From Mycolicibacterium smegmatis (lineage in GTDB: Bacteria > Actinomycetota > Actinomycetes > Mycobacteriales > Mycobacteriaceae): a stretch of 32,000 nt of DNA. Below the pieces are notes generated by a model. That model worked only from the letters and a program-made list of their open reading frames with translations, was not told where the DNA came from and searched no databases. The translations under genes and the position numbers were made by a program. The stretch lies in assembly GCF_001457595.1 (NCBI RefSeq), contig NZ_LN831039.1:5490001-5522000 (forward strand). Reading direction: 5' to 3'. Shown piece by piece: positions 17,954 to 29,438 of the stretch. The first letter of the stretch is position 1. Every line of letters begins with the position of its first letter.

Positions 17954-20932
17954 ATGGCAAGGCATCGCCGTAAGAAGATGACCAAGGCAGCCGTTGTCGG
18001 CACGGCAATCGCCGCGACCCTGGGCGTGGGAATCACGCCCACCATGGCCAACGCGGTCTCGAGCGACACCTACTTCATCGGCTTCCCCGATTGGCTCCCG
18101 ATTGGCGCTTCGAACTCGGTGGATGCCGACGCCGACGCGATCTACCAAGCGATCGTCGGATCGAAAGACTCCAGCCCCATTGTTGGTTGGGGCACAGGCG
18201 GAGTGAAGCTCGATCCGAAGTGGGTCCAGTGGTACAACCCGAACCTCGGCGGGTTGAGCCTGGGGGACATCAACCTCGGTGACCTGTCCTCAGGTGACCT
18301 CACAGCTCTGCTGGGTCAAATGGATCTCGGTCAGCTCACCAACTCGGACAAAGACCAGTACTACACGCTGCCCACGTGGGGCCAAACCGGCACCAAAGAG
18401 GTTATGGTCGATAACCCGGTGTACCAGAAGGCGTTTGAGGAAGCGCTCGCTGAGGTCATGGAGCAGGATCGCGACGCGATCCTGGCGGCAGAGAAGATCG
18501 AGCTGACTATCTCCTACTCCGTGCCTGAACCGGACTGGTGGGGTAAACAGACGACTGTCTCCATCCCGTTCCTCGGAAGCCTCACGGTCGGGCTTGCGCA
18601 GCAGTTCGGTCCATGGTCTCAGCAGAAGATCAACGGCCAGTCTGTGACTTCGATATCGACAACCGTGTCGATCGACAACCCGTTCAAGAATGATCCTGCG
18701 GCGCTCGACAAGTTCCTCGAAACCGGGAAGTATGACGGCACCTACACCGTGCCCACCATCGACCCCGTCACGGCCCTGGGGCTGAAAAGGCCGTCAGGGA
18801 CACTCGCCGGCGCCGCGTATGACTACATCGTCAAGACCTGGTTGAAGCCGATCAACATCGACCCGGTCAACTACACCTTCGACCGCACGAAATTCAATCT
18901 GCCCGGCGGAAGTTGGGAAGAACGCGCAGAAGACCTGATCGATCCGGAGATTCCGAAGCAGATCCCCGAGACCCAGCCCGTGTACGGCTGGCTTCCCGGC
19001 GGGTGGACCACGAACACCTTCGGTCAGTGGGTGTCTCCCACGGATCAGCTGGCGAACCTGGACCTGAGTGCCCTGGCCGGCCTTGCCAACGGCGACTTCG
19101 ATCTCTCGACCCTGGCCGGCCTGGCGAACCTGTCGCCGCAGACGATCGCGTACTTCCTGTCGGGTGACCTGGGATTCCTTGCCCCGCTGCTGAACTGGAC
19201 GCTGTACGCCCAGAACATCAACCTCATCGCATACGGTGACGGCGCCATCGCCACGGGTGAGGCGTACCGCCGCTTCATCGAAGCGGTGACGAGCGGTGAG
19301 ATCAAGGCGGGAGAACCGCGGACCGATGGCCGCTACATCGTCTTCGACGTCGATGAGGACGGCAATCCGATCCTGAAGGTGGTGAACCACTCCACGGGCA
19401 ACGGGGGCCTCGATGACATCATCGTGTCGTACCCGCTGCCGAACGACCTCGAGTTCCCGGACATGCCGGTCGATGCGAACGGGAACCCGCTGTACCCGTC
19501 GTACACCGAAACCCCCGGCGGCGTCATTGATGTCACGCTGATGACGCTGGCGTTGCTGCGCAACCCGGGCCGGCCCAACGGTGGTCTCTACGCCCGGTTT
19601 GCGCCGATCTACCAGGAGCTCACAGGCGTCAATCCGATCAGCCCCGAGCGCAAGGACGTGCTGTACGGGCTGCCGGATGACACCGTCGCCAAGCTGCTCA
19701 AGGGCGACGTCTCAGGCATCGGGCTCAGCGATCTGAACGACCTGCTGGTCTTCCTGAATGACGCCAACGGCAAACCAATGGTGATCACCATCAAGGCCGA
19801 CGCCACATGGGAATACGACCTGCTCTCGGACGCTCCGGTGACGGCCAACCCGATCGCGTGGGCCAACTCGGTGGCGTCGTCGATGCTGGTGTTCACGTAC
19901 GGTGCCGAGCTGATCAACCTCGCCACCAACCGTGAGGGCGGCGTGGGCGTGGTTGCCTACCAGGTGCCCGACGGGGAGTACGACGCCGGCAGCTTCTACG
20001 CCACGCTGACGTCCCAGGGCCTGCCGCTGCTCGCGCCGGCACGCCTGGTCGCCGGATTGCTCAGTGCGGCAACGGGTGAGGACGTCAACACTCCGCTGGC
20101 CGACGCGCTGGAGCCGGTGCTCAAGCTGCTGGTGAACACCAGCTACACCGATGCCGTGCGCAACGAGGACGGCACGTGGACACGCACGCTCGACCAGATG
20201 CACGTCCCGACGCTGTTCGGCACCCAGACCATCTCGCGTCAGCAGGCCGCCTTGCTGGCCGGAGACATCTTGGCCGAGTTCGGCAGGGGCGTGGGTGCGG
20301 AATACACCGACGTGGTCCAGCGGGTCACCGCCCGTGTCGTGAAGTTCCTGGAGGACAACGACATCAAGGTGCCCACCGAGATCAAGGAGGCCGCGGCCAA
20401 GCTCGCGACCGAGCCGGGCAAGGTCATCCAGACAGTCAGCCGTGAGGTCGGCACCGGGGTCAGCAAGGTTCTCGGCGCGGTCGACGCCAAACTGCCCGAA
20501 ACCCCGGCACCCACACAGGAGCAGCTGGCCGAGGGCCAGAAAGAGGTCGGCCAGGCGCTCGCGGAGGTCAACGAGGCCACCGAGGGAGCGGTGACCAAGG
20601 GCCTCAAGGACACCACGGCCTTCATCAACGACCCGATCACCCCGGTCCTCAAGGCAGGCAAGGACATCGAGTCGAAGGTGACCAAGCGGATCACCAAAAC
20701 CCAGAACAGCCTCGCCAAGGCGCAGGTCCGGGCCGGCAAGGTCACCGAGAAGCTCCAGAAGGGCGACATCAAGGGTGCCGTCAAACAGGTCGGCGAGAAC
20801 GTGCAGAACCGCGTCGACCGCCTGAAGAAGGACATCAACAACGGGGTCAAGAAGATCACCGGCAAGGACAAGACGAAGAGCACGAGCAGCAGCACCGACT
20901 CCGACAAGGACAAGGGCGGCAGCGAAGACTAG
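17954..20932 (+). CDS. Large exported protein (992 aa), mycobacterial secreted/PE-PPE-domain-like hypothetical with Lys-rich helical C-terminus
   Basis: GAGAGG RBS upstream; signal peptide MARHRRKKMTKAAVVGTAIAATLGVGITPTMANA; NGGLYARFAPIYQELTGVNPISPE, ANPIAWANSVASSM and LVNTSYTDAVRNEDGTWTRTLDQMHVPTLFGT resemble segments seen in large mycobacterial exported proteins. Confidence 0.9.
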   Translation: MARHRRKKMTKAAVVGTAIAATLGVGITPTMANAVSSDTYFIGFPDWLPIGASNSVDADADAIYQAIVGSKDSSPIVGWGTGGVKLDPKWVQWYNPNLGGLSLGDINLGDLSSGDLTALLGQMDLGQLTNSDKDQYYTLPTWGQTGTKEVMVDNPVYQKAFEEALAEVMEQDRDAILAAEKIELTISYSVPEPDWWGKQTTVSIPFLGSLTVGLAQQFGPWSQQKINGQSVTSISTTVSIDNPFKNDPAALDKFLETGKYDGTYTVPTIDPVTALGLKRPSGTLAGAAYDYIVKTWLKPINIDPVNYTFDRTKFNLPGGSWEERAEDLIDPEIPKQIPETQPVYGWLPGGWTTNTFGQWVSPTDQLANLDLSALAGLANGDFDLSTLAGLANLSPQTIAYFLSGDLGFLAPLLNWTLYAQNINLIAYGDGAIATGEAYRRFIEAVTSGEIKAGEPRTDGRYIVFDVDEDGNPILKVVNHSTGNGGLDDIIVSYPLPNDLEFPDMPVDANGNPLYPSYTETPGGVIDVTLMTLALLRNPGRPNGGLYARFAPIYQELTGVNPISPERKDVLYGLPDDTVAKLLKGDVSGIGLSDLNDLLVFLNDANGKPMVITIKADATWEYDLLSDAPVTANPIAWANSVASSMLVFTYGAELINLATNREGGVGVVAYQVPDGEYDAGSFYATLTSQGLPLLAPARLVAGLLSAATGEDVNTPLADALEPVLKLLVNTSYTDAVRNEDGTWTRTLDQMHVPTLFGTQTISRQQAALLAGDILAEFGRGVGAEYTDVVQRVTARVVKFLEDNDIKVPTEIKEAAAKLATEPGKVIQTVSREVGTGVSKVLGAVDAKLPETPAPTQEQLAEGQKEVGQALAEVNEATEGAVTKGLKDTTAFINDPITPVLKAGKDIESKVTKRITKTQNSLAKAQVRAGKVTEKLQKGDIKGAVKQVGENVQNRVDRLKKDINNGVKKITGKDKTKSTSSSTDSDKDKGGSED

Positions 20933-20943
20933 GGGGAGGAAAG

Positions 20944-20977
20944 GGTGTGCCCCCTCTCGCAAGGGAGGGGGCACACC
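20944..20977 (+). terminator. Strong hairpin after the 992-aa gene, likely terminator
   Basis: 13-bp perfect stem GGTGTGCCCCCTC / GAGGGGGCACACC with 8-nt loop, no T-tract. Confidence 0.6.
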
Positions 20978-20990
20978 TATGCCTGAGGGT

Positions 20991-21052
20991 CCGCGAGTGT
21001 GAATCGTCAGCGAAAGAGTCGAGGGGTTTTCGCTGACGCTTCACACTCGCGG
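20991..21052. repeat. REP-like palindromic element, copy 2
   Basis: CCGCGAGTGTGAATCGTCAGCGAAA (20991-21015) vs TTTCGCTGACGCTTCACACTCGCGG (21028-21052): 24/25 paired; same arm sequence as copy 1. Confidence 0.9.
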
Positions 21053-21053
21053 A

Positions 21054-22028
21054 CTACTCTTCGGGTTCGGCTTCCGAAGCAGACGACTCCGCACCAGGCC
21101 AGTACGCGCGCCACTCGTCCTCGGAGATCACCCCGAGCGGAGCGACGTCGAGTTCCTCGGGAACGTCCTCACCGCGGCGACCGGCAGCGACAGCGGCCTC
21201 GACCTCGCGCACGGTGTCCATGAATTCCAGGACAGCAGTGCGCAGTTCGTTCTCGGAGTCAGTGTCGGCAGACACCGAGACAGAAGTCAGAGAGGCCGGA
21301 ATCAGCTCGGCAGGCAGACCGGCCTGGCTCACGCGGGCCAGCACCTTCTGTGCCAGCGCCAAAGCGGGCTGCCCGGTGGGCACATCGTCCATCGACGATG
21401 CGCGTGCCTTGACCTTCTTCTCCTGCGCCTTGCGCTCTTCCCATTGCGCGAGCTGCTCGTCCAATGAAATGGACTCCCCCGCAAGCACGGCGGGCACGCG
21501 ATTGCCGAGTTTGCGCACCAGCGCATCGGCCACGTCGTCGATGCTGAACGGATGGTGTGGGGCGTCCTCGGCGATACGGGCGTGGAACAGCACCTGCAGC
21601 AGCACGTCGCCGAGCTCCTCGCGGAGTTCGTCGGCGTTGCCGCTGCGCACGGCGTCGAACAGTTCGTAGGTCTCCTCGAGCAGGTAGCGGCGCAGGGAAT
21701 CGTGGGTCTGCTCGCTCTCCCACGGCCCTGAGGTGCGCAGCTTGTCCATCAGCGCGACGGCGTCGACCAGACGCTCGCCGGGCTGGGGCTCGGGTGCGGC
21801 GATCAGCCGGTCACCGGCGGCCAAGCGCGCCTTGACAACCGGATGTTCGGGATCGGAGGACAACAGGACCGGGGCGTCTTCGCCGTCGTAGGCCGGCCGC
21901 GCCGAGGGCAGCGACCACGGCACCTTGACCGGCATCTCCTCGGTGTACTGGACCTCCCCGGTGAGGAACTCGACGGCGTCGACGGGAACCAGGGCGGGAC
22001 GGCGCGGATCCACCAGGACGACGATCAT
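21054..22028 (-). CDS. mazG: Nucleoside triphosphate pyrophosphohydrolase MazG
   Basis: [68 protein letters not shown]; start ATG 22028 overlaps mfd stop region. Confidence 0.95.
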   Translation of the reverse strand: MIVVLVDPRRPALVPVDAVEFLTGEVQYTEEMPVKVPWSLPSARPAYDGEDAPVLLSSDPEHPVVKARLAAGDRLIAAPEPQPGERLVDAVALMDKLRTSGPWESEQTHDSLRRYLLEETYELFDAVRSGNADELREELGDVLLQVLFHARIAEDAPHHPFSIDDVADALVRKLGNRVPAVLAGESISLDEQLAQWEERKAQEKKVKARASSMDDVPTGQPALALAQKVLARVSQAGLPAELIPASLTSVSVSADTDSENELRTAVLEFMDTVREVEAAVAAGRRGEDVPEELDVAPLGVISEDEWRAYWPGAESSASEAEPEE

Positions 22029-25000
22029 CGCTTCGCCTCCCCCGCCGTGTTCGAGAACTTCGACATGTCCACGTCGCCCTGTCCTTTTCCGTTGAGCACC
22101 AGCACGAGCCCGGCGACCCACTGGACCAGTTCGAGATCGCGGATGCGCGGCGCTCCGACGCCCTCACCGGCGCGCGGCAACGGCACCTGCACGGTGGAGG
22201 TGGTGGCGCGGTAGTGCCCGCCCGGGTACATCCGCTTGAGCCGCAACTGCGCCGAGTCCGGCAGCACCATGGGGCTCAACCGCACCGTGGACGCCGACAC
22301 CGCGCCGATCTCGGTGATCCCGAACTCACGGCACAGCAACCGAAGTCGGGCGACCGCGACCAGACGCTGCGCCGGTTCGGGCAGCGGGCCGTAGCGGTCG
22401 ATGAGTTCGTCGACGACGGACGCCACGGCGTCGTCGTCGGCCGCGGCGGCGAGCCTGCGGTAGGCCTCAAGACGCAACCGGTCGCTGCCGATGTACTCGG
22501 GTGGCAGGTGCGCGTCGACCGGAAGGTCGATGCGCACATCCTTCTGTTCCTGCGGTGTGGCAACGGTTTTCCCGTCGGCCGCGGCGCGGTAGGCCTCGAC
22601 GGCCTCCCCCACCAGTCGCACGTACAGATCGAAGCCGACGCCCGCGACGTGACCGGACTGCTCGGCGCCCAGCACGTTACCGGCGCCGCGGATCTCCAGA
22701 TCCTTCATGGCCACGGCCATACCGGCGCCCAGTTCGTTGTTCTGGGCGATGGTCGCGAGGCGGTCGTAGGCGGTCTCGGTCAGCGGTTTGTTCGGCGGAT
22801 ACAGGAAGTAGGCGTAGCCACGCTCGCGGCTACGGCCCACGCGGCCGCGCAACTGGTGCAACTGGGACAGGCCGAACGTGTCGGCCCGTTCCACGATCAG
22901 GGTGTTGGCGTTGGAGATGTCCAGGCCGGTCTCGACGATCGTGGTGCAGACCAGGATGTCGTACTCACGGTTCCAGAATCCCTCGACGGTCTTCTCGAGC
23001 GTCTCCTCGTTCATCTGGCCGTGCGCCACCACAACCCGCGCCTCGGGCACCAACTGGCGCACGCGCGCGGCGGCCTCGTCGATGGTGCGCACACGGTTGT
23101 GGATATAGAACGCCTGCCCGTCGCGCAACAGTTCACGGCGCAGCGCGGCGGCCACCTGCTTGTCGTCGTGCGGGCCGACGTAGGTGAGCACCGGGTAGCG
23201 CTCCTCGGGCGGGGTGAGGATCGTCGACATCTCGCGGATGCCCGCGAGGCTCATCTCCAGGGTGCGCGGGATCGGGGTGGCGCTCATGGTGAGCACGTCC
23301 ACGTGGGTGCGCATCGACTTGATGTGCTCTTTGTGCTCGACGCCGAAACGCTGTTCCTCGTCGACGATGATGAGGCCCAGGTCTTTCCACGTCACACCGG
23401 TCTGCAGCAGCCGGTGGGTGCCGATCACGACGTCCACCGAACCGTCTTTGAGACCTTCGACCACGGCGCGGGATTCGGCCGGATCGGTGAACCGGGACAG
23501 CCCTTTGACAGTCACCGGAAACCCGGCCATGCGGTTGGTGAAGGTCTGCAGATGCTGGTCGGCCAGCAGCGTTGTCGGCACGAGAACGGCGACCTGCTTG
23601 CCGTCCTGCACGGCCTTGAACGCCGCACGCACCGCGATCTCGGTCTTGCCGTAACCCACGTCGCCACAGATCACCCGGTCCATCGGCACGGGTTTCTCCA
23701 TGTCGGCCTTGACCTCTTGGATGGCCGTCAACTGGTCCATGGTCTCGGTGAACCCGAAGGCATCTTCCATCTCGGCCTGCCATGGCGTGTCCGGTCCGAA
23801 CGCATGACCCGGCGCGGACTGCCGCTTGGCGTAGAGCGCGACGAGTTCACTGGCGATTTCGCGGACCGCGCGGCGCGCCTTGGTCTTGGTGTTGGCCCAG
23901 TCGCTGCCACCGAGACGCGACAGCGACGGCGCCTCACCGCCCACGTACCGGGACAGCTGATCGAGCGAATCCATTGGCACGTAGAGCTTGTCGGTGCCCC
24001 CGCCGCGCTTGCTGGACGCGTACTCCAGCACCAGGTATTCCCGGCGGGCGCCGCCGACCACGCGCTCGGTCATCTCGACGAACTTGCCGATGCCGTGCTG
24101 ATCGTGCACCACCAGGTCGCCGGCGGTCAGCGCGAGCGGGTCCACGACGTTCCGTCGTTTGGCGGCAAGCTTTCTGCCTTCGTTCGCGGTCACCCGGTTA
24201 CCGGTCAGATCGGTCTCGGTGATGATCACCAGGTTGGCGCCGGGCAGCACCACGCCGCTGCACAGCGGCCCCTTGAGCACGCCGACCACACCGGCCTTGG
24301 GGGCCGTTCCGGGTTCCAGAATCGTTGCGGCGGTGTCGGCTTCACCGAGTTGCTCGACGACGCGGTGCGCGGTGCCGATGCCGGGGGTGACGACAGCGGC
24401 GTACCCGCCGGTGGCGACATGGGCCCGCAGCATCGCGAAGATCTCTTCGAGGTTGTGCTGCGATCCGCGCGCCGACGGGGCCGAACGGATGTCGAGCTCG
24501 ATTGCTGATTCGTCGGACAGCTGCGACAGCGTCCACCACGGGTGCCCGCCCGCACGGGCGGCCTCGCGTGCCTCCTCGAACGTGACGAACCCCGACGCGC
24601 CGAGCGCCTCGAGATCGATCGGGGCGTCACCGCCCACGGCGGCCGTCGACCACGACGCCTCGAGGAACTCGCGGCCGGTCTTGATCAGATCCGCCGCCCG
24701 GGTCCGCACCTTCTCCGGATCGCACACCAGCACCGGGGCACCTTCGGGCAGGTGGCTGGTGAGCGTGGTCGGCTCGATCGGGTGCAGCAGCGGCAGCAGC
24801 GCCTCCATGCCGTCCACCGGGATGCCCTCGGCGAGCTTGGCCAGCATGTCCGGCACCGTGCCGGGAACGGTGTTCTCCGTCGTGGGGTGCTCGGCGGCCA
24901 GTGCCGCGGCGCGTTCCCGCACGTCGTCGGTCATCAGAAGCTCACGGCACGGGACCGCGACAACGGTCTGCACGGGAACCTCGGGGATGGACCGCTGGTC

Positions 25001-25672
25001 GGCGATCGCGAACGCGCGCATCTCCGAGATCTCGTCGCCCCAGAACTCGACACGGACCGGATGCTCGGCGGTGGGCGGGAAGACATCCAGGATGCCGCCG
25101 CGGACCGCGAACTCCCCGCGCTTGCCGACCATGTCGACGCGCGTATAGGAGAGGTCGACCAGGCGCGCGACGACGTCCTCGAACTCCATCTCGGCGCCCA
25201 CGGTCAGCGTGACCGGGTCGATGTCCACCAGATCGGGAGCCATCGGCTGCAGCAGCGATCGCGTGGTGGTCACCACGACACGAAGCGGCGCGCCGAGGGT
25301 CTCGTCGTCGGGACGCGCGAGCCGGCGCAGCAGCATCAGCCGCGCACCCACGGTCTCGACTCCGGGCGACAGCCGCTCGTGCGGCAGCGTCTCCCACGAC
25401 GGGAACAGCGCAACCGAGTCGCCGAACACGCCGCGCAACTCGGCTGTCAGCTCGTCGGCCTCACGTCCGGTGGCGGCGACCACCAGCAGCGGGCCGTTCT
25501 GGGCAAGCGCGGCCGCGACCAGCACGCGTGCGCTGGCCGGTCCGACAAGTGCCAGATCGGCGGGCCGGTCGGCGGCGCGACGAATGACGTCCTGCAGAGA
25601 CGGATCGGACAGTGCCAGCTCGACGAGACCCGCAATCGGGGTCTGGACAGAAGTGTGCCCCGGTGCGGTCAT
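22025..25672 (-). CDS. mfd: Transcription-repair coupling factor
   Basis: 1215 aa; [92 protein letters not shown]. Confidence 0.98.
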   Translation of the reverse strand: MTAPGHTSVQTPIAGLVELALSDPSLQDVIRRAADRPADLALVGPASARVLVAAALAQNGPLLVVAATGREADELTAELRGVFGDSVALFPSWETLPHERLSPGVETVGARLMLLRRLARPDDETLGAPLRVVVTTTRSLLQPMAPDLVDIDPVTLTVGAEMEFEDVVARLVDLSYTRVDMVGKRGEFAVRGGILDVFPPTAEHPVRVEFWGDEISEMRAFAIADQRSIPEVPVQTVVAVPCRELLMTDDVRERAAALAAEHPTTENTVPGTVPDMLAKLAEGIPVDGMEALLPLLHPIEPTTLTSHLPEGAPVLVCDPEKVRTRAADLIKTGREFLEASWSTAAVGGDAPIDLEALGASGFVTFEEAREAARAGGHPWWTLSQLSDESAIELDIRSAPSARGSQHNLEEIFAMLRAHVATGGYAAVVTPGIGTAHRVVEQLGEADTAATILEPGTAPKAGVVGVLKGPLCSGVVLPGANLVIITETDLTGNRVTANEGRKLAAKRRNVVDPLALTAGDLVVHDQHGIGKFVEMTERVVGGARREYLVLEYASSKRGGGTDKLYVPMDSLDQLSRYVGGEAPSLSRLGGSDWANTKTKARRAVREIASELVALYAKRQSAPGHAFGPDTPWQAEMEDAFGFTETMDQLTAIQEVKADMEKPVPMDRVICGDVGYGKTEIAVRAAFKAVQDGKQVAVLVPTTLLADQHLQTFTNRMAGFPVTVKGLSRFTDPAESRAVVEGLKDGSVDVVIGTHRLLQTGVTWKDLGLIIVDEEQRFGVEHKEHIKSMRTHVDVLTMSATPIPRTLEMSLAGIREMSTILTPPEERYPVLTYVGPHDDKQVAAALRRELLRDGQAFYIHNRVRTIDEAAARVRQLVPEARVVVAHGQMNEETLEKTVEGFWNREYDILVCTTIVETGLDISNANTLIVERADTFGLSQLHQLRGRVGRSRERGYAYFLYPPNKPLTETAYDRLATIAQNNELGAGMAVAMKDLEIRGAGNVLGAEQSGHVAGVGFDLYVRLVGEAVEAYRAAADGKTVATPQEQKDVRIDLPVDAHLPPEYIGSDRLRLEAYRRLAAAADDDAVASVVDELIDRYGPLPEPAQRLVAVARLRLLCREFGITEIGAVSASTVRLSPMVLPDSAQLRLKRMYPGGHYRATTSTVQVPLPRAGEGVGAPRIRDLELVQWVAGLVLVLNGKGQGDVDMSKFSNTAGEAKR

Positions 25673-25720
25673 GATGTGACCATCTTAGGCGGGCAGCACG
25701 TGTGACCCACCCCGCGCTGG

Positions 25721-26356
25721 TCACTCCTCGTGCAGCACCGGATTCGACTCGAGATGCGTCAGGCCGTTCCAGGCCAGGTTCACCACGTGCGCGGCTACCA
25801 CCTCTTTAGATGGTTCGCGCACGTCAAGCCACCACTGCGCGGTCATGGACACCGAACCGACCAGCGCCTGGGCGTACAGCGGCGCGAGATCGGGGTCCAG
25901 CCCGCGGCGGGAGAAGTCCCCAGCCAGGATCGACGAAACCTGGTTGACGGCGTCATTGAGCAGCGTCGCGTACGTGCCCGACGTGATGGCGGCCGGGGAA
26001 TCGCGGATGAGGATGCGGAACCCGTCGGTGTGCTCCTCGACGTAGGTGAGCAGCGCGAGCGCGACACGCTCGACACGGACCCGCGAGCGGTTGTTGGTCA
26101 GCGACGACGTGATGCCCTGCAGCAGCGCCGACATCTCACGGTCCACGACGACGGCGTACAGACCTTCCTTACCGCCGAAGTGCTCGTAGACGACGGGTTT
26201 CGACACGTTGGCGCGTTGGGCGACCTCTTCTATCGAGGTACCGTCGTAGCCACGCTCGGCGAACAGCGACTTGGCGATCTCGATCAGTTGTTGCCGCCGC
26301 TCGCTGCCGGTCATGCGGGCACGAGGGGCACGCACTTCCTTGTCGGGTGCTGCCAC
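25721..26356 (-). CDS. TetR/AcrR-family transcriptional regulator
   Basis: N-terminal HTH RRQQLIEIAKSLFAERGYDGTSIEEVAQRANVSKPVVYEHFGGKEGLYAVVVDRE. Confidence 0.93.
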   Translation of the reverse strand: MAAPDKEVRAPRARMTGSERRQQLIEIAKSLFAERGYDGTSIEEVAQRANVSKPVVYEHFGGKEGLYAVVVDREMSALLQGITSSLTNNRSRVRVERVALALLTYVEEHTDGFRILIRDSPAAITSGTYATLLNDAVNQVSSILAGDFSRRGLDPDLAPLYAQALVGSVSMTAQWWLDVREPSKEVVAAHVVNLAWNGLTHLESNPVLHEE

Positions 26357-26398
26357 GCGTACAGGCTAGCCCCTTCGACTAAAGTCTCTGGCGGACAT

Positions 26399-26470
26399 TC
26401 CGTCGTGGTGTAATCGGCAGCACCTCTGATTTTGGTTCAGATAGTTCAGGTTCGAGTCCTGGCGACGGAG
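26399..26470 (+). tRNA. tRNA-Gln (anticodon TTG)
   Basis: 72-nt cloverleaf: acceptor TCCGTCG/CGACGGA, anticodon arm TCTGA-TTTTGGT-TCAGA, T-arm CAGG-TTCGAGT-CCTG; no encoded CCA. Confidence 0.93.
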
Positions 26471-26559
26471 CATCATTGCCGCAACAGCCCGCGTGGCTTT
26501 GCGTATCGATTCCGCAAGTCGCGACGCCCACCGCACACTCGGAAGAGCAGGGAGGCCTG

Positions 26560-28008
26560 ATGACCGCATCAACCGAGGCCGCGGTTGTGGTTCTCGCCGC
26601 CGGAGCCGGCACGCGCATGCGCTCCGACACCCCGAAAGTTCTGCACACGCTGGCCGGGCGCGGCATGCTCGCCCACGTCCTGCACACCGTCAGCGAGATC
26701 GACGCGCGCCACCTCGTCGTGGTCCTCGGCCACGACCGTGAACGCATCGCTCCCGAGGTCGCGCGGCTCAGCGAGGAACTGGGCCGTGCGATCGACGTCG
26801 CCGTGCAGGACCAGCAACTGGGCACCGGCCACGCCGTGAACTGCGGCCTGACCGCGCTGCCCCACGATTTCGCGGGCATGGTCGTGGTGACCTCGGGCGA
26901 CGTGCCGCTGCTGGACACCGCGACTCTCACCGGTCTTATCACCAGCCACGGCAGCGGCGACGCGGCGGCGACCGTGCTGACCACGACGCTGCCGGACCCG
27001 ACGGGCTACGGCCGCATCCTGCGCACACAGGACCACGAGATCATCGGCATCGTCGAACAGGCCGACGCGACCGAGTCGCAGCGCACCATCTGCGAGGTCA
27101 ACACCGGCGTCTACGCGTTCGATATTGCCGACCTGCGCTCGGCGCTGACCCGGCTGCGCTCCGACAACGCCCAGCACGAGCTGTACCTGACCGACGTCGT
27201 GGAGATCCTGCGCCAGGACCACCGCACGGTACGGGCCCTGCACGTCGACGACAGCGCCCTGGTCACCGGGGTCAACGACCGTGTCCAGCTGTCCGACCTG
27301 GGCAAGGTGCTCAACCGCCGCATCGTCGCGGCCCACCAGCGCGCCGGGGTGACCATCATCGATCCGGGCAGCACGTGGATCGACATCGACGTCCAGATCG
27401 GCCAGGACACCGTTGTGCACCCGGGAACCCAACTGCTCGGTGCAACGCGCGTCGGCTCGCACTGCGTCATCGGACCCGATACGACGCTGACGCACGTCAC
27501 GGTCGGTGACGGCGCGTCGGTGGTGCGCACCCACGGCAGCGAATCGGTGATCGGCGCGGGCGCCACCGTGGGACCGTTCACCTATCTGCGGCCGGGCACC
27601 AACCTGGGTGCCGACGGCAAGCTCGGCGCGTTCGTCGAGACCAAGAACTGCACGATCGGCACGGGCACCAAGGTGCCGCACCTGACCTACGTCGGCGACG
27701 CCGACATCGGCGAGTACAGCAACATCGGCGCGTCGAGTGTCTTCGTCAACTACGACGGCGAGAACAAGAGCCGAACGACGATTGGGTCACATGTCCGAAC
27801 CGGATCGGACACCATGTTCGTGGCACCGGTCACGGTCGGCGACGGCGCCTACACCGGCGCGGGAACGGTTTTGCGCGACGACGTTCCGCCCGGCGCGTTG
27901 GCCGTCTCCGCAGGTCCGCAGCGCAATATCGAGGGCTGGGTGGCGAAGAAGCGGCCGGGCTCGGCGGCCGACAAGGCTGCCCGCAAGGCGTTGGGCGACG
28001 AGAGCTGA
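26560..28008 (+). CDS. glmU: Bifunctional N-acetylglucosamine-1-phosphate uridyltransferase / glucosamine-1-phosphate acetyltransferase
   Basis: [32 protein letters not shown]; left-handed beta helix region with [37 protein letters not shown]. Confidence 0.98.
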   Translation: MTASTEAAVVVLAAGAGTRMRSDTPKVLHTLAGRGMLAHVLHTVSEIDARHLVVVLGHDRERIAPEVARLSEELGRAIDVAVQDQQLGTGHAVNCGLTALPHDFAGMVVVTSGDVPLLDTATLTGLITSHGSGDAAATVLTTTLPDPTGYGRILRTQDHEIIGIVEQADATESQRTICEVNTGVYAFDIADLRSALTRLRSDNAQHELYLTDVVEILRQDHRTVRALHVDDSALVTGVNDRVQLSDLGKVLNRRIVAAHQRAGVTIIDPGSTWIDIDVQIGQDTVVHPGTQLLGATRVGSHCVIGPDTTLTHVTVGDGASVVRTHGSESVIGAGATVGPFTYLRPGTNLGADGKLGAFVETKNCTIGTGTKVPHLTYVGDADIGEYSNIGASSVFVNYDGENKSRTTIGSHVRTGSDTMFVAPVTVGDGAYTGAGTVLRDDVPPGALAVSAGPQRNIEGWVAKKRPGSAADKAARKALGDES

Positions 28009-28109
28009 TCCGACGTCTCCCGTTGGCAATCTGGTAACCCGGTCACGAGCATCCCGAAACGCTACGTACCATTGCCCCGTATCGATTCCCGACCGCGAAG
28101 GCAGCCAAA

Positions 28110-29090
28110 GTGGCCACGGACTGGACCGACAATCGCAAAAACTTGATGCTGTTCGCGGGTCGCGCGCACCCCGAGCTGGCTGACCAAGTTGCCAAAGAAC
28201 TCGACGTGGCCGTCACCGCGCAAACGGCACGGGATTTCGCCAACGGTGAGATCTTCGTCCGCTTCGACGAATCCGTCCGTGGCTGTGACGCATTCGTGCT
28301 GCAGAGCCATCCGGCGCCGCTGAACCAGTGGCTCATGGAACAGCTGATCATGATCGACGCGCTCAAGCGTGGCAGCGCCAAGCGCATCACCGCGATCCTG
28401 CCGTTCTATCCCTACGCCCGGCAGGACAAGAAGCACCGCGGCCGCGAACCCATCTCGGCCCGCCTCGTCGCGGACCTGCTCAAGACCGCGGGCGCCGACC
28501 GCATCGTGTCGGTCGACCTGCACACCGACCAGATCCAGGGCTTCTTCGACGGCCCGGTGGACCACATGCGCGCGCAGAAGCTGCTCACCGGCTACATCGG
28601 CGAGCACTACGCCGACGAGGACATGGTGGTGGTGTCCCCCGATTCGGGCCGCGTGCGTGTCGCCGAGAAGTGGGCCGACTCGCTGGGCGGTGTTCCGCTG
28701 GCCTTCATCCACAAGACGCGTGACCCGCTGGTCCCCAACCAGGTCAAGTCGAACCGCGTCGTGGGTGACGTCAAGGGCAAGACCTGCATCCTCACCGACG
28801 ACATGATCGACACGGGCGGCACGATCGCCGGCGCGGTCAACCTGCTGCGTGAGGACGGCGCCAAGGACGTCATCATCGCCGCGACGCACGGCGTGCTGTC
28901 GGATCCCGCCCCGCAGCGGCTCGCCGAATGCGGCGCACGCGAGGTGATCGTCACCAACACGCTGCCCATCACCGAGGACAAGCGCTTCCCGCAGCTCACG
29001 GTGCTCTCCATCGCACCGCTTCTGGCCAACACCATCCGGGCCGTGTTCGAGAACGGTTCGGTGACAGGACTGTTCGACGGGTCTGCATAA
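28110..29090 (+). CDS. prs: Ribose-phosphate pyrophosphokinase
   Basis: LMLFAGRAHPELADQVAKELDV, FVRFDESVRGCDAFVLQSH, YPYARQDKKHRGREPIS, ILTDDMIDTGGTI. Confidence 0.98.
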   Translation: MATDWTDNRKNLMLFAGRAHPELADQVAKELDVAVTAQTARDFANGEIFVRFDESVRGCDAFVLQSHPAPLNQWLMEQLIMIDALKRGSAKRITAILPFYPYARQDKKHRGREPISARLVADLLKTAGADRIVSVDLHTDQIQGFFDGPVDHMRAQKLLTGYIGEHYADEDMVVVSPDSGRVRVAEKWADSLGGVPLAFIHKTRDPLVPNQVKSNRVVGDVKGKTCILTDDMIDTGGTIAGAVNLLREDGAKDVIIAATHGVLSDPAPQRLAECGAREVIVTNTLPITEDKRFPQLTVLSIAPLLANTIRAVFENGSVTGLFDGSA

Positions 29091-29438
29091 ATGGCGTCAG
29101 ACGCACGGATCTACCACAACCCCAAATGCTCGACGTCGCGCAAGACGCTGGAGCTGTTGCGCGACAACGGCATCGAGCCGGAGATCATCCAGTATCTGAA
29201 GACCCCGCCCACCCGGGCGGAGCTGAAGAAGATGATCGCCGACGCGGGCATCGACGTGCGCACCGCGGTGCGCAAGCGCGAATCCCTCTACGCCGAACTC
29301 GGTTTGGCCGATGCAACGGACGAGCAGTTGCTCGACGCTCTTGCCCAGCACCCGATCCTGATCGAGCGCCCGTTCGTCGTCACGGCAAAAGGCACCCGGC
29401 TCGCCCGGCCGATCGATTCGGTGAACGAGATTCTGTGA
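29091..29438 (+). CDS. arsC: Arsenate reductase ArsC-like (glutaredoxin-coupled fold)
   Basis: IYHNPKCSTSRKTLELLRDNGIEPEIIQYLKTPPTRAELKK; LAQHPILIERPFVV. Confidence 0.9.
   Translation: MASDARIYHNPKCSTSRKTLELLRDNGIEPEIIQYLKTPPTRAELKKMIADAGIDVRTAVRKRESLYAELGLADATDEQLLDALAQHPILIERPFVVTAKGTRLARPIDSVNEIL

Noticed and set aside
19712-20974. 420-aa minus-strand ORF opposite the 992-aa gene
   Set aside because: Shadow ORF composition, and it runs through the downstream hairpin; the + strand gene has signal peptide and RBS.
22214-24508. 764-aa ORF on the + strand opposite mfd
   Set aside because: Composition (His/Gly/Arg/Asp-rich, no domain-like motifs) is a mirror of GC3-biased mfd codons; the mfd frame carries all conserved motifs.
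24159-25705. Two long + strand ORFs (329 and 387 aa) antisense to the mfd N-terminus
   Set aside because: Both overlap mfd; no recognisable motifs, Ser/Arg-rich shadow composition.
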